A DNA stretch of 64,000 bases, from contig JACRNO010000009.1 of NCBI GenBank assembly GCA_016234855.1, positions 33,651 to 97,650 of the forward strand, given 5' to 3'. Positions 38,807 through 48,744 of this stretch are shown one piece after another. The notes beneath the pieces are model-generated. The model was not told the DNA's origin and did no database searches. It saw nothing but the letters and a program-made list of their open reading frames with translations. Source of the DNA: Deltaproteobacteria bacterium. GTDB taxonomy: Bacteria; Desulfobacterota; GWC2-55-46. Both the position numbers and the translations under genes were made by a program. Every line of letters starts with the position of its first letter. The first letter of the stretch is position 1.

Positions 38807-39280
38807 TCAGCGCGTCTTAAGTCCGCCGCCGTATTTCCGCAGGAGCTTTGCGGTATCGTCGTGGCGGTACCTTACGGCCAAGTCGTACGGGGTGTATCCG
38901 GCGGTATCCCTCGGGTTGACCTCGGCGCCGTAATCTATGAGCAGTTGGACTATCTCCGTATGTCCGAACCCGGCCGCGCCGTGAAGCGGCGTCCAGCCTG
39001 TCCTGTCTTTTGTGTTGACCTTCGCGCCCTTATCGAGCAGGAACTGCGCCATCTCCATGCGCCCGTCTCCGGCGGCTACGTGCAGGGCCGTCATGCCGTT
39101 CCTGTCGGCGTCGTCAATCCTTGCGCCTTCGGTCATCAGGAGCTTCATGCGCGCAAGGTCGTTCTCCTGCGCCGCTCCGACCATGGTGATGGGCGCGCAC
39201 CCGGTTATGATAAACAGAAGGAAGAGGACTGCAAGGGAGGGTAGAAATAATCGTGCCGGGCTCGTCAACTGATTTTTCAT
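38807..39280 (-). CDS. Ankyrin-repeat lipoprotein
   Basis: Lipobox ITGC; repeats GMTALHVAA, GWTPLHGAA, GYTPYDLA. Confidence 0.88.
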   Translation of the reverse strand: MKNQLTSPARLFLPSLAVLFLLFIITGCAPITMVGAAQENDLARMKLLMTEGARIDDADRNGMTALHVAAGDGRMEMAQFLLDKGAKVNTKDRTGWTPLHGAAGFGHTEIVQLLIDYGAEVNPRDTAGYTPYDLAVRYRHDDTAKLLRKYGGGLKTR

Positions 39281-39461
39281 GGTGATCTCGCTCTTTTATG
39301 GGATTTAAACTATACGGACTTTAATACACCCATATAAAGCCGCTGTCAAGAGGGCTTGACGCCTCCGCGCCCTTGCGGCCTGTTCATCGCAACTTCGCTC
39401 GCCGCGCCAATGACGCGGTACGGCTCGGCCGGGCGGCTCCAGGGCGCAGTAAGCGGGCGGC

Positions 39462-39674
39462 TTACTCGGCCTTCTTTCCGTGTTTTGTCTTCTCGGCCTC
39501 GGTTACAAAACCCGCTGCCACTTCGCGCAGGGCCGTGACAACGGATTTGTTGTCGGTCTTTACAAAAGACGGCGCGCCCTTCATGAGCTCTCTTCCGCGC
39601 TGTGCCGCAAGGTGGATAAGCGTAAAGCGCGACGGGACCTTTTTCAGACAATCTTCGACGGTTATCCTTGCCAT
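39462..39674 (-). CDS. rpoZ: RNA polymerase omega subunit
   Basis: MARITVEDCL...SRFTLIHLAAQRGREL...NKSVVTALREVAAG. Confidence 0.95.
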   Translation of the reverse strand: MARITVEDCLKKVPSRFTLIHLAAQRGRELMKGAPSFVKTDNKSVVTALREVAAGFVTEAEKTKHGKKAE

Positions 39675-39772
39675 TGGTCTTCTCCTTTTTTTGCGGTGCA
39701 ATTGCCGGTATGGCTTAAAAAGCGCTGTTGAGCTTCATTTACAATATGCCTGGCCGGGCGTATCCGTTTCTG

Positions 39773-40384
39773 TCAATCCAGAAAACCGCCGAAGAGCCTT
39801 GTCACCTCTTTCATGGCGCGGCCGCCGCGCACCCTCTCGGCTATGATGACGGATTTGAGTTGCTCGAAGGCCGTATCGAGCTCGTCATTTATTATAACAT
39901 AGTCGTAGTCAAAGACCTTCTTTATTTCCTTCATGGCCTCGGCAAGGCGCCGGGCTATCTGGCGGGGCTGGTCTTTGGCCCGCGCCTCAAGACGCTGTTT
40001 GCAGACCTCCACGGACGGCGGCAGTATGAAGATATATGCGACGCCGTCAATGGTCTTTCTGACCTTTTCCGCGCCCTGCACGTCTATTTCAAGGAGGACG
40101 TCCGCGCCTTCGGCAAGCAGGCGCTCAAGGTCTTTTCGGGACGTGCCATAGCGTTTGCCGAAGACCCCTGCGTATTCGAGGAACTCGCCGCGTTCTATCA
40201 TGGCGTCGAAGGCCGCGTCGTCGATGAACCTGTACTCCACGCCGTCGGTCTCGCCGGGCCGCGCCGGGCGCGTCGTGTATGAGACCGAATGGCGAAGCCC
40301 GCTGATGCGCTCCACCGCCATCTTGCACAGCGTGGTCTTGCCCGCGCCCGAAGGCGCGGATACTATATAGAGGATGCCTGCCAA
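39773..40384 (-). CDS. gmk: Guanylate kinase
   Basis: SAPSGAGKTTL, SVSYTTRPARPGE, EYAGVFGKRYGTS, LEIDVQGA, ILPPS. Confidence 0.96.
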   Translation of the reverse strand: MAGILYIVSAPSGAGKTTLCKMAVERISGLRHSVSYTTRPARPGETDGVEYRFIDDAAFDAMIERGEFLEYAGVFGKRYGTSRKDLERLLAEGADVLLEIDVQGAEKVRKTIDGVAYIFILPPSVEVCKQRLEARAKDQPRQIARRLAEAMKEIKKVFDYDYVIINDELDTAFEQLKSVIIAERVRGGRAMKEVTRLFGGFLD

Positions 40385-40450
40385 TTACAGCTCCCGTAAT
40401 CAGTATATTTGGTAAGACTCGCTATCTCAGCCTTGCAGGGCTTGTGAGTC

Positions 40451-41320
40451 TCATTCGATGTTCTGCACCTGCTCGCGTATCTTTTCCATCTCTGCCTTCA
40501 TCTCGACCACGTCGGCGGTGATATCCGCGTCAGCGGACTTCGAGCCGATGGTGTTGACCTCGCGGCCCATTTCCTGGCAGAGGAAGTCGAGGCGTTTGCC
40601 AGCTGGTTCGCTGGAAGCCGCATAGCCGCGAAATAGCGTAAGGTGGCTTTTGAGGCGCGCAAGCTCCTCGGCGATATCGCTGCGTTGGGCGAAGAGCGCG
40701 GCCTCAAGAAGTATGCGCGTCTCGTCGGCCTTGCCGTTGAGGAGTTTTTCCATCTCGTCTCTTACTCGGTTGCGGTACGCGGCCGTCACCTCGGGCACGC
40801 GTGCCTCCACCCGGCCCATGCGCCGTTCGAGCTGTTCGAGCCTGGCGAGCAGGTCCTGGGTAAGGGTCGCGCCCTCTTTGGCGCGCCACTCGTCGAGTTG
40901 GTCAAAGGCCGCAGCGAGTCCCGTTTTTACCTGCCCCCAGTCGGCCTCGGCATCCGCGCCCGGCTTCTCGTACGTGAATATATCCTTGAGCTTCAGGAGC
41001 GCATTGACGTCGACCATACCCGTGACCCCGAGTTCTCTTCGCAGGGTCTCGGCCGCGTCGAGATAGAGTTTGGCCGTTGCCAGGTTCAGGCGCAGGCTTG
41101 GCGTGCTCGCGCTTGACATCCCGGCATTTATTGTAAACGAGCCGCGTGAGAACCGTTTTTTGATCTCGTCCCTTACCTTCGCGTCGAAAGCCGAGAACCT
41201 CTCCGCTACGCGCAGGTTGACGTCGAGAAAACGGTTGTTCAGCGACTTTACCTCTATGGAATAGGTCTCTGAGCCGAGTTGTACCTCGGCCCTGCCGTAA
41301 CCTGTCATTGACTTCGCCAT
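40451..41320 (-). CDS. yicC: YicC/YloC-family endoribonuclease
   Basis: SMTGYG, EVKSLNNRFLD, DIAEELARL, GKRLDFLCQEMGREVNTIGSK, EKIREQVQNIE. Confidence 0.93.
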   Translation of the reverse strand: MAKSMTGYGRAEVQLGSETYSIEVKSLNNRFLDVNLRVAERFSAFDAKVRDEIKKRFSRGSFTINAGMSSASTPSLRLNLATAKLYLDAAETLRRELGVTGMVDVNALLKLKDIFTYEKPGADAEADWGQVKTGLAAAFDQLDEWRAKEGATLTQDLLARLEQLERRMGRVEARVPEVTAAYRNRVRDEMEKLLNGKADETRILLEAALFAQRSDIAEELARLKSHLTLFRGYAASSEPAGKRLDFLCQEMGREVNTIGSKSADADITADVVEMKAEMEKIREQVQNIE

Positions 41321-41357
41321 GCCGCCTTCTCCGTCGTATGGGTCGTAAGGTTTGCGC

Positions 41358-41903
41358 TTATTTCGAATCGTGACCAACCGCCGTCTGTTGAGCGTATCGT
41401 TCGCGCATCTGCGTGATGAGCCTTATCATGCGCGGCTGTCTGTAGTCCGGGTATGTCCACGGCAACGCCCGCCAGGCGCCGCCTTCGAACCTTAACGTAA
41501 GGTCGGCGTATACGCCGAGTCCGATTGATATCCTGTGCGAAAAATCCTTGCATGAGGCGAGCACGAACCTGGGCAGGGCGACGTAGCCGGGGTCGATGTT
41601 CACGCGCCGGGCGCCGTCCCCGTTCGGGTTGAGATAGCCGTCTTCAACCCCGTTCGTAAAAATCTTTATCCCGGCAAGCGATTCCTGGTTGATAAGCCTT
41701 TCAAACGAGCATACCCTGCGCCTCAGTCCCGGGCCGAACTCTTGCGAGTAGTAGTCGGTTGACGTAAATGCAAACGGCTCGCTCAGTATGTCAAGCGGCC
41801 CTAAGCGTTCGCTGAGACGTCTGAAGACCTCCGTAAATATCCCCGGGTCGTTGGTAAAGACGCTTGCGAAGAGTTTTACCTTCGCGGCCTCGCGCGGTCT
41901 CAT
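41358..41903 (-). CDS. DUF4416 family protein
   Basis: FTSTDYYSQEFG, IKIFTNGVE, RRVNIDPGYV, LASCKDFSHRI, FPW-like LPWTYPDY. Confidence 0.85.
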   Translation of the reverse strand: MRPREAAKVKLFASVFTNDPGIFTEVFRRLSERLGPLDILSEPFAFTSTDYYSQEFGPGLRRRVCSFERLINQESLAGIKIFTNGVEDGYLNPNGDGARRVNIDPGYVALPRFVLASCKDFSHRISIGLGVYADLTLRFEGGAWRALPWTYPDYRQPRMIRLITQMRERYAQQTAVGHDSK

Positions 41904-41915
41904 GCGCTTCGATGC

Positions 41916-42926
41916 CTACTCGGATAGCCGGAGCTTTAGCCCGGCCGTTGCGGCGTCCATAAGCTCCTCCGGCGTGAGCGTGGCCGTGCCGACCTTGCCT
42001 ACGACGACCCCGGCGGCGAAGTTCGCGAGCACCGCGGCCTCGCGGAACGACGCGCCTGAGGCGAGGGCGAGGGCGAGGGTGCCGATGACGGTATCTCCGG
42101 CGCCGCTTACGTCGAAGACCTCTTTGGCGACCGTCGGGATATGCGTCTCCGAGTCCGGTTCAAAAAGGCTCATCCCGTGCTCCCCGCGCGTGATGAGCAG
42201 CGCGGCGCATCCGAGCTTGTTGAAGAGGACCTCACCTGCCCGGTGCAGAGACCCGTTGTCGCTTATCTCTACCCCGGAGGCCTGAGAGGCCTCAAGGTTA
42301 TTGGGCGTGACTATGGTCGACCCGGCGTAATAATCGAAGTGTTCGACCTTCGGGTCAACGGCCACGGGTTTGCCGAGGCTGCGGCAGACGGCAATCGTCT
42401 GCTCGACGAGGGTCTTGGTTATAAGCCCCTTTGCGTAGTCGGATATCACCACCACGTCGACGTCCTTGACCGCCTTGCGGATATACGCGAAGACCTTTGC
42501 CGTGCAGGCCGGGTCTATCTTGTCTCTCATCTCGCGGTCGACGCGCACGACCTGCTGGCTGTGGGCGATGACGCGGGTCTTGATGGTCGTCGGTCTCTTT
42601 GCGTCAATGATGATGCCGGCCGAAGAAATCTTCTTATCCTTCAGGGCGCCTATAAGCCTCTTGCCGTCGTCGTCCTTGCCTATAATGCCCGTGACGCGCG
42701 ACCTGCCCCCGAGGCTGTGGATGTTGTTGACGACGTTGGCGCTGCCCCCGAGCATGAGGGACTCGGACGTGACCGCGACGACCGGCACCGGGGCCTCCGG
42801 CGAGATGCGCGCGACCTTGCCCCAGATGAAGTGGTCCATGATGAGGTCGCCGATGACGAGCACCCGCGCCTTGCTGAACCGGCTGATTATGGCGTGCGCG
42901 CGTTTGTGGCTGAGAATTCTACGCAT
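41916..42926 (-). CDS. rfaE1: D-glycero-beta-D-manno-heptose-7-phosphate kinase (HldA/RfaE1)
   Basis: VIGDLIMDHF..G.V.RISPEAPVPVV, GGSANV, SDYAKG, TPNNLE, VFDVSGAGDTV. Confidence 0.93.
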   Translation of the reverse strand: MRRILSHKRAHAIISRFSKARVLVIGDLIMDHFIWGKVARISPEAPVPVVAVTSESLMLGGSANVVNNIHSLGGRSRVTGIIGKDDDGKRLIGALKDKKISSAGIIIDAKRPTTIKTRVIAHSQQVVRVDREMRDKIDPACTAKVFAYIRKAVKDVDVVVISDYAKGLITKTLVEQTIAVCRSLGKPVAVDPKVEHFDYYAGSTIVTPNNLEASQASGVEISDNGSLHRAGEVLFNKLGCAALLITRGEHGMSLFEPDSETHIPTVAKEVFDVSGAGDTVIGTLALALASGASFREAAVLANFAAGVVVGKVGTATLTPEELMDAATAGLKLRLSE

Positions 42927-44046
42927 CGGTTGACACCTCTTCTATCAGTTTTAGAAACTCGGTTACGTTGCGGCCGATGGTAAAACCCGATGCGATCTCC
43001 CGTACGGCCTTTGACGCCTTTGCGCGAGCGTCCTTGTCCAATAATGTCTCTATGGCCGAGGCGAGGCCGTGCGTGTCCGCGGCCTCATCTATGGAGGCGC
43101 GATATCCCGCGCCGGTCAATATCTCGGATACCCCGTTCGCCCTGCTTGTGATAACGGGCAGTCCCGCTGCCATGGCCTCGAGGCACGCGTTGCTGAAAGG
43201 CTCGTACAAGGTGGGCAGCACGAATACGTCGGCGGCGCCGTAGTATTCAAAGACCCCGTTGACCGGCCCCATGAATATGACGCGGTCTCCAACGCCGAGT
43301 CTTTTCGCCTCGGCTGAGTACCCGGACGTCGCGCCCTTGCCGATGACGAGCAGGCGCACGTCGCCTTTGTCGCGCAGAAGCCCGAGGCTGCGGATGGCGT
43401 GGATAAGCCCCTTTCTCTCGAAGCCTGAGCCTACGAAGAGCAGGAGTACCGTCTCTTCCGAAATGCCGAGGCGGCTACGAATCCCGGCGCGGGTTCCTGC
43501 CCCGTCGGTAGAGGGCGGGGGCGCATCGAACCCATTATATATAACACAAATGCGCTTTTTGGGCAATCCATAATGGCGGATGATATCGTCCCTGACCATG
43601 CGCGAGTTGGCCACGACGCGCTTTAAGCGGGGGCTGGAAAAAAGGCGCGCCTCAAGGTATAGGAGCGCCGCGTGCAGCGGGTTCATGCTGATGAGCGCTC
43701 GCTTTGGGGCGCTTGCCATGGCGCGCTTTCTTGCCAGCCATTCCCTGTGGCAGCCGTCACCGGCCCGGTAGATGTCCTGGCAATACGTGCGCTCAAGGCT
43801 TATGACGCAGTCGCACTGCGCCTTCTCCACGGCCCTGGCCGCGCCTGCCGCGAATATGAGCGGCCTTAGAAACCTGGGTCCGCCCGTCCTTATCCGGTGG
43901 ACGCGGATGCCTTCGGCCTCCGGCCAGTCGCTTGAGAATACGTCAATCTCATGGCCGCGCCTTTTAAGCTCGTTGATGAACCTTTCGAGGAAGATCTCTG
44001 CCCCGCCGTACGGCGAGTATTTCATGCGTATGAGGCCTATGCGCAT
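42919..44046 (-). CDS. GT4 glycosyltransferase (WaaG-like)
   Basis: YSPYGGAE, ERTYCQDIYRAGDGCH, VGSGFERKG, LPTLYEPFSNACLEAMAAG. Confidence 0.88.
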   Translation of the reverse strand: MRIGLIRMKYSPYGGAEIFLERFINELKRRGHEIDVFSSDWPEAEGIRVHRIRTGGPRFLRPLIFAAGAARAVEKAQCDCVISLERTYCQDIYRAGDGCHREWLARKRAMASAPKRALISMNPLHAALLYLEARLFSSPRLKRVVANSRMVRDDIIRHYGLPKKRICVIYNGFDAPPPSTDGAGTRAGIRSRLGISEETVLLLFVGSGFERKGLIHAIRSLGLLRDKGDVRLLVIGKGATSGYSAEAKRLGVGDRVIFMGPVNGVFEYYGAADVFVLPTLYEPFSNACLEAMAAGLPVITSRANGVSEILTGAGYRASIDEAADTHGLASAIETLLDKDARAKASKAVREIASGFTIGRNVTEFLKLIEEVSTDA

Positions 44047-44048
44047 CT

Positions 44049-45083
44049 TTATCCCTTGAGAAAGAGTCTTTTGCAGGCCGCAAACGCCTCATCAGGCCCC
44101 GTTGCAGAGGCCGTGCCGTCTCTCCTGAGTATTATATACGGCACGCCCCACGGGTGCCAGCGCCGCTCGTCGGTCGAGCCCCAGACGGCGACTATGGGCT
44201 TGCCCAGTCCGGCCGCGATATGCATGGCCCCGCCGTCGCAACAGACAACTGCATCGGCCGCGCTCAGGGCCGCGATAAGCTCGCCGAGCCTCTCCGTCCT
44301 GATTGAAAAAGGGGGCGTCTTCATGGATGAGGCGATTTCACTGGCAAGGGCGTCGTCGCCCGGATGGAGCGGGTTGTCGGGTGTGCCCGGAGACCAGAGG
44401 AGCATCACGTCCGCGCCTTCGGTATGGAGCATATCGCCAAGTTTTATGAAAGACCCCCGGGGCCATCTGTTCTGTTCGCGCCTTGACGAGACGTGCATTG
44501 CCACGAGTCTTCGGCCGCCCCGCATCCCGGCTTCACCGAGTTTTTTCATCACGGCGCTTACTTCAATTGCATCGGGTTGAAGCACGAGGCCGGGGGGCGC
44601 GGCCGTGATGCCGATGGGTTCGACAAGCCGCATCACGGCCTCGACCTCGTGTATGGAAGACGTGGGCGCGCTTACCGGATGCGTATAGCAGGCGGTTGCG
44701 CCTTCCGGCGGCCCAATGCCTATGCGCATCCGTGCGCCGGTTGAGCGCGTGAGCCTTGCAAGCCGCTTGGACCATGCGTAGCCGCAGCCTATGGCAGCGT
44801 CAAAACCGGCCTGCCGCACGCGTCTCAGTTCCTTCCAGTTCTGAAACCAGACTGCCAAACGTGACCTGCCCCCGGAGTGTTTCCATTTCTCGTAGACAAA
44901 GACCTCGTTGACGTCGGGGTTGCCCCTTATCGCCTCGGCGTTATACGAGTTTACGAGCACGCCGATGCGCGCATCAGGCCGCGCCCTTCTGATGGCGCGG
45001 ATGGCCGGTGTCGTGCAGACGAGGTCTCCGATATTGTCGCGTCTGATGAAAAGGACGCTCTTTATCCGCGGTTCTGTTCTCAT
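44049..45083 (-). CDS. GT9 heptosyltransferase-like protein
   Basis: IRRDNIGDLVCTTP, HEVE, CCDGGAMHIAAGLGKP. Confidence 0.88.
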   Translation of the reverse strand: MRTEPRIKSVLFIRRDNIGDLVCTTPAIRAIRRARPDARIGVLVNSYNAEAIRGNPDVNEVFVYEKWKHSGGRSRLAVWFQNWKELRRVRQAGFDAAIGCGYAWSKRLARLTRSTGARMRIGIGPPEGATACYTHPVSAPTSSIHEVEAVMRLVEPIGITAAPPGLVLQPDAIEVSAVMKKLGEAGMRGGRRLVAMHVSSRREQNRWPRGSFIKLGDMLHTEGADVMLLWSPGTPDNPLHPGDDALASEIASSMKTPPFSIRTERLGELIAALSAADAVVCCDGGAMHIAAGLGKPIVAVWGSTDERRWHPWGVPYIILRRDGTASATGPDEAFAACKRLFLKG

Positions 45084-45122
45084 GGGATGGTTTCTGCGGT
45101 CTCGGCCCTGAGCCGCGCCTGG

Positions 45123-46256
45123 CTATCGAGTCCTTGTGTCGTCGCGGCCCGGTATGATGTTCAAGACCCTCTTCAGCACGTCGGCCACGGTTATCCCTGA
45201 TACGCAGTGGCTGTCGCCGAACCTGCACTCATAAGGTGCGCGGAAGGTATGCGAGCACGGGACGCACTCGATGTCTCTGCGCTGGATGATCTGCGCGCTC
45301 TCTCCGGTCGGTCTCTGGTCTCTCATGTCGCACGGTCCGGCGATGTCGATGACCGGCACGCCCAGGGCGTCGGCCATGTAGACGAGCCCGGTGTCAACGC
45401 CTATCATAAGAGAGAGTCCCTTTATCACGGCGGGCAGCTCTTCAAGCCCGGCCTGACCGCAGAGGTTGTCTATGCGGCGGTTGCTGTTCGACGCGCCGAT
45501 TATCTCGACGGCAAGGGGCCTGTCCTTCTCAGTGCCGAAAAGGACTATGGCTGCGTCCGTCGTATCCAGAATCCTCTGCGTAAGGGCCGCGAAGTTAGCC
45601 CTGCCCCAGTCCTTCATGGCGTTGCCTGCCGAGATTATAATCCCGATAAAGGGCGCCTGCGTGCCGGTATAGAAATCCGCGAAGCGGCGCATGGCCTGCG
45701 GCGACGGGTAGACCTCTTTATCAATCGAGCACTTGCTGATATCGAAGTGGCGAAGGCTCGCCAGATAGGTCTCGGTCGCGGTCTTCGGATACAGGTGGTA
45801 TTCAACGTGCGTGGTGAAGTTGAGGAGCTTCTTGAGCGTCGGCCCGAGAAAGTCCGGATAGACGACGACCCTCTTCGGTATCAACGCCCAGTATGCCGCG
45901 AGTATGTTGGTTGTGTTCGGCAGGAGTATGAGCGCGGCCGGATAGCGGGCGCAGAGCCTTGCGCTGAGCGCGAGCTTGCCTGTGAACCCGGACGTTTTCT
46001 TTCTGTCGATGACGATTATCTCGTCGATATGCGGGTTGTGGCGGATGACGGGCTCGGACACCGGGTCGACCGCCACGCTGAGGCGCCAGTCAGGGTGCGC
46101 GCGCTTTATCTCCCGGAAGACGGGCGTGGTGCATATCAGGTCGCCTATCTTGGCCGTCTGGAAGACGATGACGGACTTGCCGCTGCGCCTACCGAAGAGA
46201 CGCGAGAGGATGAAGACGATTGGAGAGGATATGTAAGCAATAAGAAGGTAGAGCAA
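45123..46256 (-). CDS. GT9 heptosyltransferase-like protein
   Basis: QTAKIGDLICTTPVFREIK, GVDTGLVYMADALG, CVPCS. Confidence 0.85.
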   Translation of the reverse strand: MLYLLIAYISSPIVFILSRLFGRRSGKSVIVFQTAKIGDLICTTPVFREIKRAHPDWRLSVAVDPVSEPVIRHNPHIDEIIVIDRKKTSGFTGKLALSARLCARYPAALILLPNTTNILAAYWALIPKRVVVYPDFLGPTLKKLLNFTTHVEYHLYPKTATETYLASLRHFDISKCSIDKEVYPSPQAMRRFADFYTGTQAPFIGIIISAGNAMKDWGRANFAALTQRILDTTDAAIVLFGTEKDRPLAVEIIGASNSNRRIDNLCGQAGLEELPAVIKGLSLMIGVDTGLVYMADALGVPVIDIAGPCDMRDQRPTGESAQIIQRRDIECVPCSHTFRAPYECRFGDSHCVSGITVADVLKRVLNIIPGRDDTRTR

Positions 46257-46280
46257 TCTCGGCCTCGTAGTTTTGATAAG

Positions 46281-47498
46281 TTAATCTGCCCGGCCCGCCA
46301 ATATCCCGTCGAATATCGCGCATACGCCGGAAACGTATCTGTCAATGCCGAACTCGTTTGTCACGCGCTCCCTGCCTGCCGCGCCCATTTCCCTGATGCG
46401 GGCCGGATTGTTTGAGGTGATTTCCTTCACGGTTTCGGCAATAGCCTGCGCCCCGCAGTCATTCAATATCCTGCCGGTTACGCCGTCGTCAATCATCTCG
46501 GAGGCCCCGGCCACGTCAAACGCCACGACCGGACGGGCCATGAGCATCGCCTCCAATATCACGCGGGGAAAGCCCTCTTTTTCCGACGGCAGGACAAAGA
46601 CGTCCATGGCGTTTATGTAAGATACGGCATCGGTTGAAAATCCCGTAAAGAGGACGCGGCCTTTTATCTTGATGCGCTCGGCCATGGCGGTAAGCGCGGC
46701 CCTCTCAGGCCCGTCTCCGACTATTATGCAAAAGACGTTATCCAGCGCGGCCGCGGCCTCTATGAGGAGGTGGATGCGTTTCCTCTTTACGAGCGAGCCG
46801 ACCGTGCCTATCACGAGACGGCCTTCGGGTATGCCGAGTTCTTTTCTTACCGCAGCGGCGGTCTTTTGAGTCTTAAGGCCGGCGTCTATGCCGTTATGCA
46901 CGACAACGCATTTATCAGGCGCAACACCGCTTCTGACAAGCCCGTCGCGCACGCCCGCTGACACGCAGATGACCTTTGAGACGAACCTGTTTACGGCGTC
47001 GGCCTCGATATCGTTGAGCGCCGTTTCAATGCGCGCATGTTGCAGGCAGGGCACCCCGGCCGAGTGTGCCGCGATGATGCCTTCGAGGTTCGAGGACGGT
47101 TGGTTGTTCATGTACAGGAGGTCGAAGCCGTTGTCCTTGATGACCGTTGCAATGCGTCCCGCATCCGGCATGATACGCGTCTTGAACTCGAGATAGAAGA
47201 GATATTTTTTCTTCAGTCCGGGGGCGAGGCAGAAGAAGGCGCGCACCGCCTCTCTTGCGGCCTTTGCCGTGAACCCGGGGCGCGCCCGGTCGAGGATTAA
47301 AAGCTCTACGTCGAGCTTTTTTAACTCGGTCTTCAGGTCGGAGGTTCTGCCCTTGGCGTAGTTGTCGTAAAAGAGCGCGGTGAAGGAGTAGCGGCGCCTG
47401 TCAGCGCGCCTTAAGAGTTCGAGCAGGCTGTTTGTCCCGCCGCCCCATTCCTTGCCCGTATCGAGTATCAGAATCTTTTTCAAGCCGGGTCTCATCAT
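46281..47498 (-). CDS. GT4 glycosyltransferase
   Basis: WGGGTNSL, VGSLVKRK, LPSEKEGFPRVILEAM. Confidence 0.88.
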   Translation of the reverse strand: MMRPGLKKILILDTGKEWGGGTNSLLELLRRADRRRYSFTALFYDNYAKGRTSDLKTELKKLDVELLILDRARPGFTAKAAREAVRAFFCLAPGLKKKYLFYLEFKTRIMPDAGRIATVIKDNGFDLLYMNNQPSSNLEGIIAAHSAGVPCLQHARIETALNDIEADAVNRFVSKVICVSAGVRDGLVRSGVAPDKCVVVHNGIDAGLKTQKTAAAVRKELGIPEGRLVIGTVGSLVKRKRIHLLIEAAAALDNVFCIIVGDGPERAALTAMAERIKIKGRVLFTGFSTDAVSYINAMDVFVLPSEKEGFPRVILEAMLMARPVVAFDVAGASEMIDDGVTGRILNDCGAQAIAETVKEITSNNPARIREMGAAGRERVTNEFGIDRYVSGVCAIFDGILAGRAD

Positions 47499-48613
47499 TT
47501 CAAGAGCCTGTTGATTATGGTCTTTACCGCGGCCTCGACCTCGTCAACCGTTATCGCCTCCATGCATTGCTGGTACTTGCACTTTTTGCTGAGGCACGGC
47601 TCGCAGGTGCGCGGCTTTTGTATGACGATGTGGCGCTCGCGGTCGTAGAGCGGGCCGGTGCGGCCGGGGTCTGCGACCGCGTAGAGCGCGACGACCGGAG
47701 TGCCAGCGGTGATGGCTACGTGCATCGGGCCGGTGTCTCCGGTGACGAGGCACTGGAGGCGGCGGATGAGCGGCGGGAGTTGCTTGAGGGGCAAACGGCC
47801 AGCCGTAACGAGCGCGTTCGCCCCGATGCCTCTGGCTATCTCCTCGCAGAGCGCGGCCTCGTCCTGCGACCCGGTCAGGATTATCCTGGCCTGCGGCCGT
47901 GACGCGGTGATGCGGCGGCCGAGCTCTATGAAGCGGTCGGGAAACCATTGTCTGGATACGGTGGAGGCCCCTGGCTGAAAGCCGATGGCGAGGTCATCCT
48001 TACCCAGACCGTTCATCTGCAAAAAGGCCTCGGTGGCCTCGGTGTCGGCCTTGTCAACGAACAACTCCATCCGCACGTCGCGGGTTGGGCATCCGGCAAG
48101 GGCTGCGCACTTGAGGCGCGCCTCTATGCCGTGGCCGAGTTCCTCCCATCCGGCGAGGGGCGTGCGGTTGGAAAGGAGAAAGTTAAAACGGCTCGTATTC
48201 GGCAGCTTGAATATGAACCGCGCGCCTGACAGATAGCAAAGCGGCGTGGCCTGCGGCTCGTTGCCGTGGAGTATGAAGGCGACGTCGGGCTTTGCAGCCT
48301 TGAGCGCCCGTGCGGTCGCAAAGAAGCGTTTGTACCCGCCGTAGTACGGCACGGCCTTGTCTATCCACGGGTTGTTTTCGAAGAGTTCCATGTTGTCCTT
48401 GTTAAAGAGCGCGACTATGTGGCTGCGCGGGTATCTCTTCCGTATCGCCCTTATGGCCGGCGTGGACAGGAGCGTGTCGCCGAGTGCCGTCGAGGAGACG
48501 ATGAGGACGTTACGGATGCCGGAGGCAGGCAGGTCCTCGATGGATGTCTTCCTGGTGTCCAGGGCCTTTCTGGCCCTCATGTAGATATATAGCAGCGTGT
48601 CGAGCGGTCTCAA
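47495..48613 (-). CDS. GT9 heptosyltransferase-like protein (WaaQ-like)
   Basis: STALGDTLLSTP, LHGNEPQ, VTGDTGPMHVA, CEPCLSKKC. Confidence 0.88.
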   Translation of the reverse strand: MRPLDTLLYIYMRARKALDTRKTSIEDLPASGIRNVLIVSSTALGDTLLSTPAIRAIRKRYPRSHIVALFNKDNMELFENNPWIDKAVPYYGGYKRFFATARALKAAKPDVAFILHGNEPQATPLCYLSGARFIFKLPNTSRFNFLLSNRTPLAGWEELGHGIEARLKCAALAGCPTRDVRMELFVDKADTEATEAFLQMNGLGKDDLAIGFQPGASTVSRQWFPDRFIELGRRITASRPQARIILTGSQDEAALCEEIARGIGANALVTAGRLPLKQLPPLIRRLQCLVTGDTGPMHVAITAGTPVVALYAVADPGRTGPLYDRERHIVIQKPRTCEPCLSKKCKYQQCMEAITVDEVEAAVKTIINRLLK

Positions 48614-48645
48614 TTTTCCTCTTGGTTGTTAAAAATATTATTGTT

Positions 48646-48734
48646 TGTCATTCTGAGCGCAGCGAAGAATCTTGTTTATGGATGATTCGGCAAGTTACGA
48701 GATTCCTCGTTCGCTTCGCTCTCTCGGAATGACA
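48646..48734. repeat. Palindromic REP-like element (TGTCATTCTGAGCG...GAATGACA family)
   Basis: tgtcattctgagcgcagcgaagaatct ... agattcctcgttcgcttcgctctctcggaatgaca inverted ends. Confidence 0.8.
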
Positions 48735-48744
48735 ATTAACATAA

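Noticed and set aside
40385-40450. Absence of remA/DUF370 between yicC and gmk
   Set aside because: Gene-order variation that I cannot show to be unusual without comparative data
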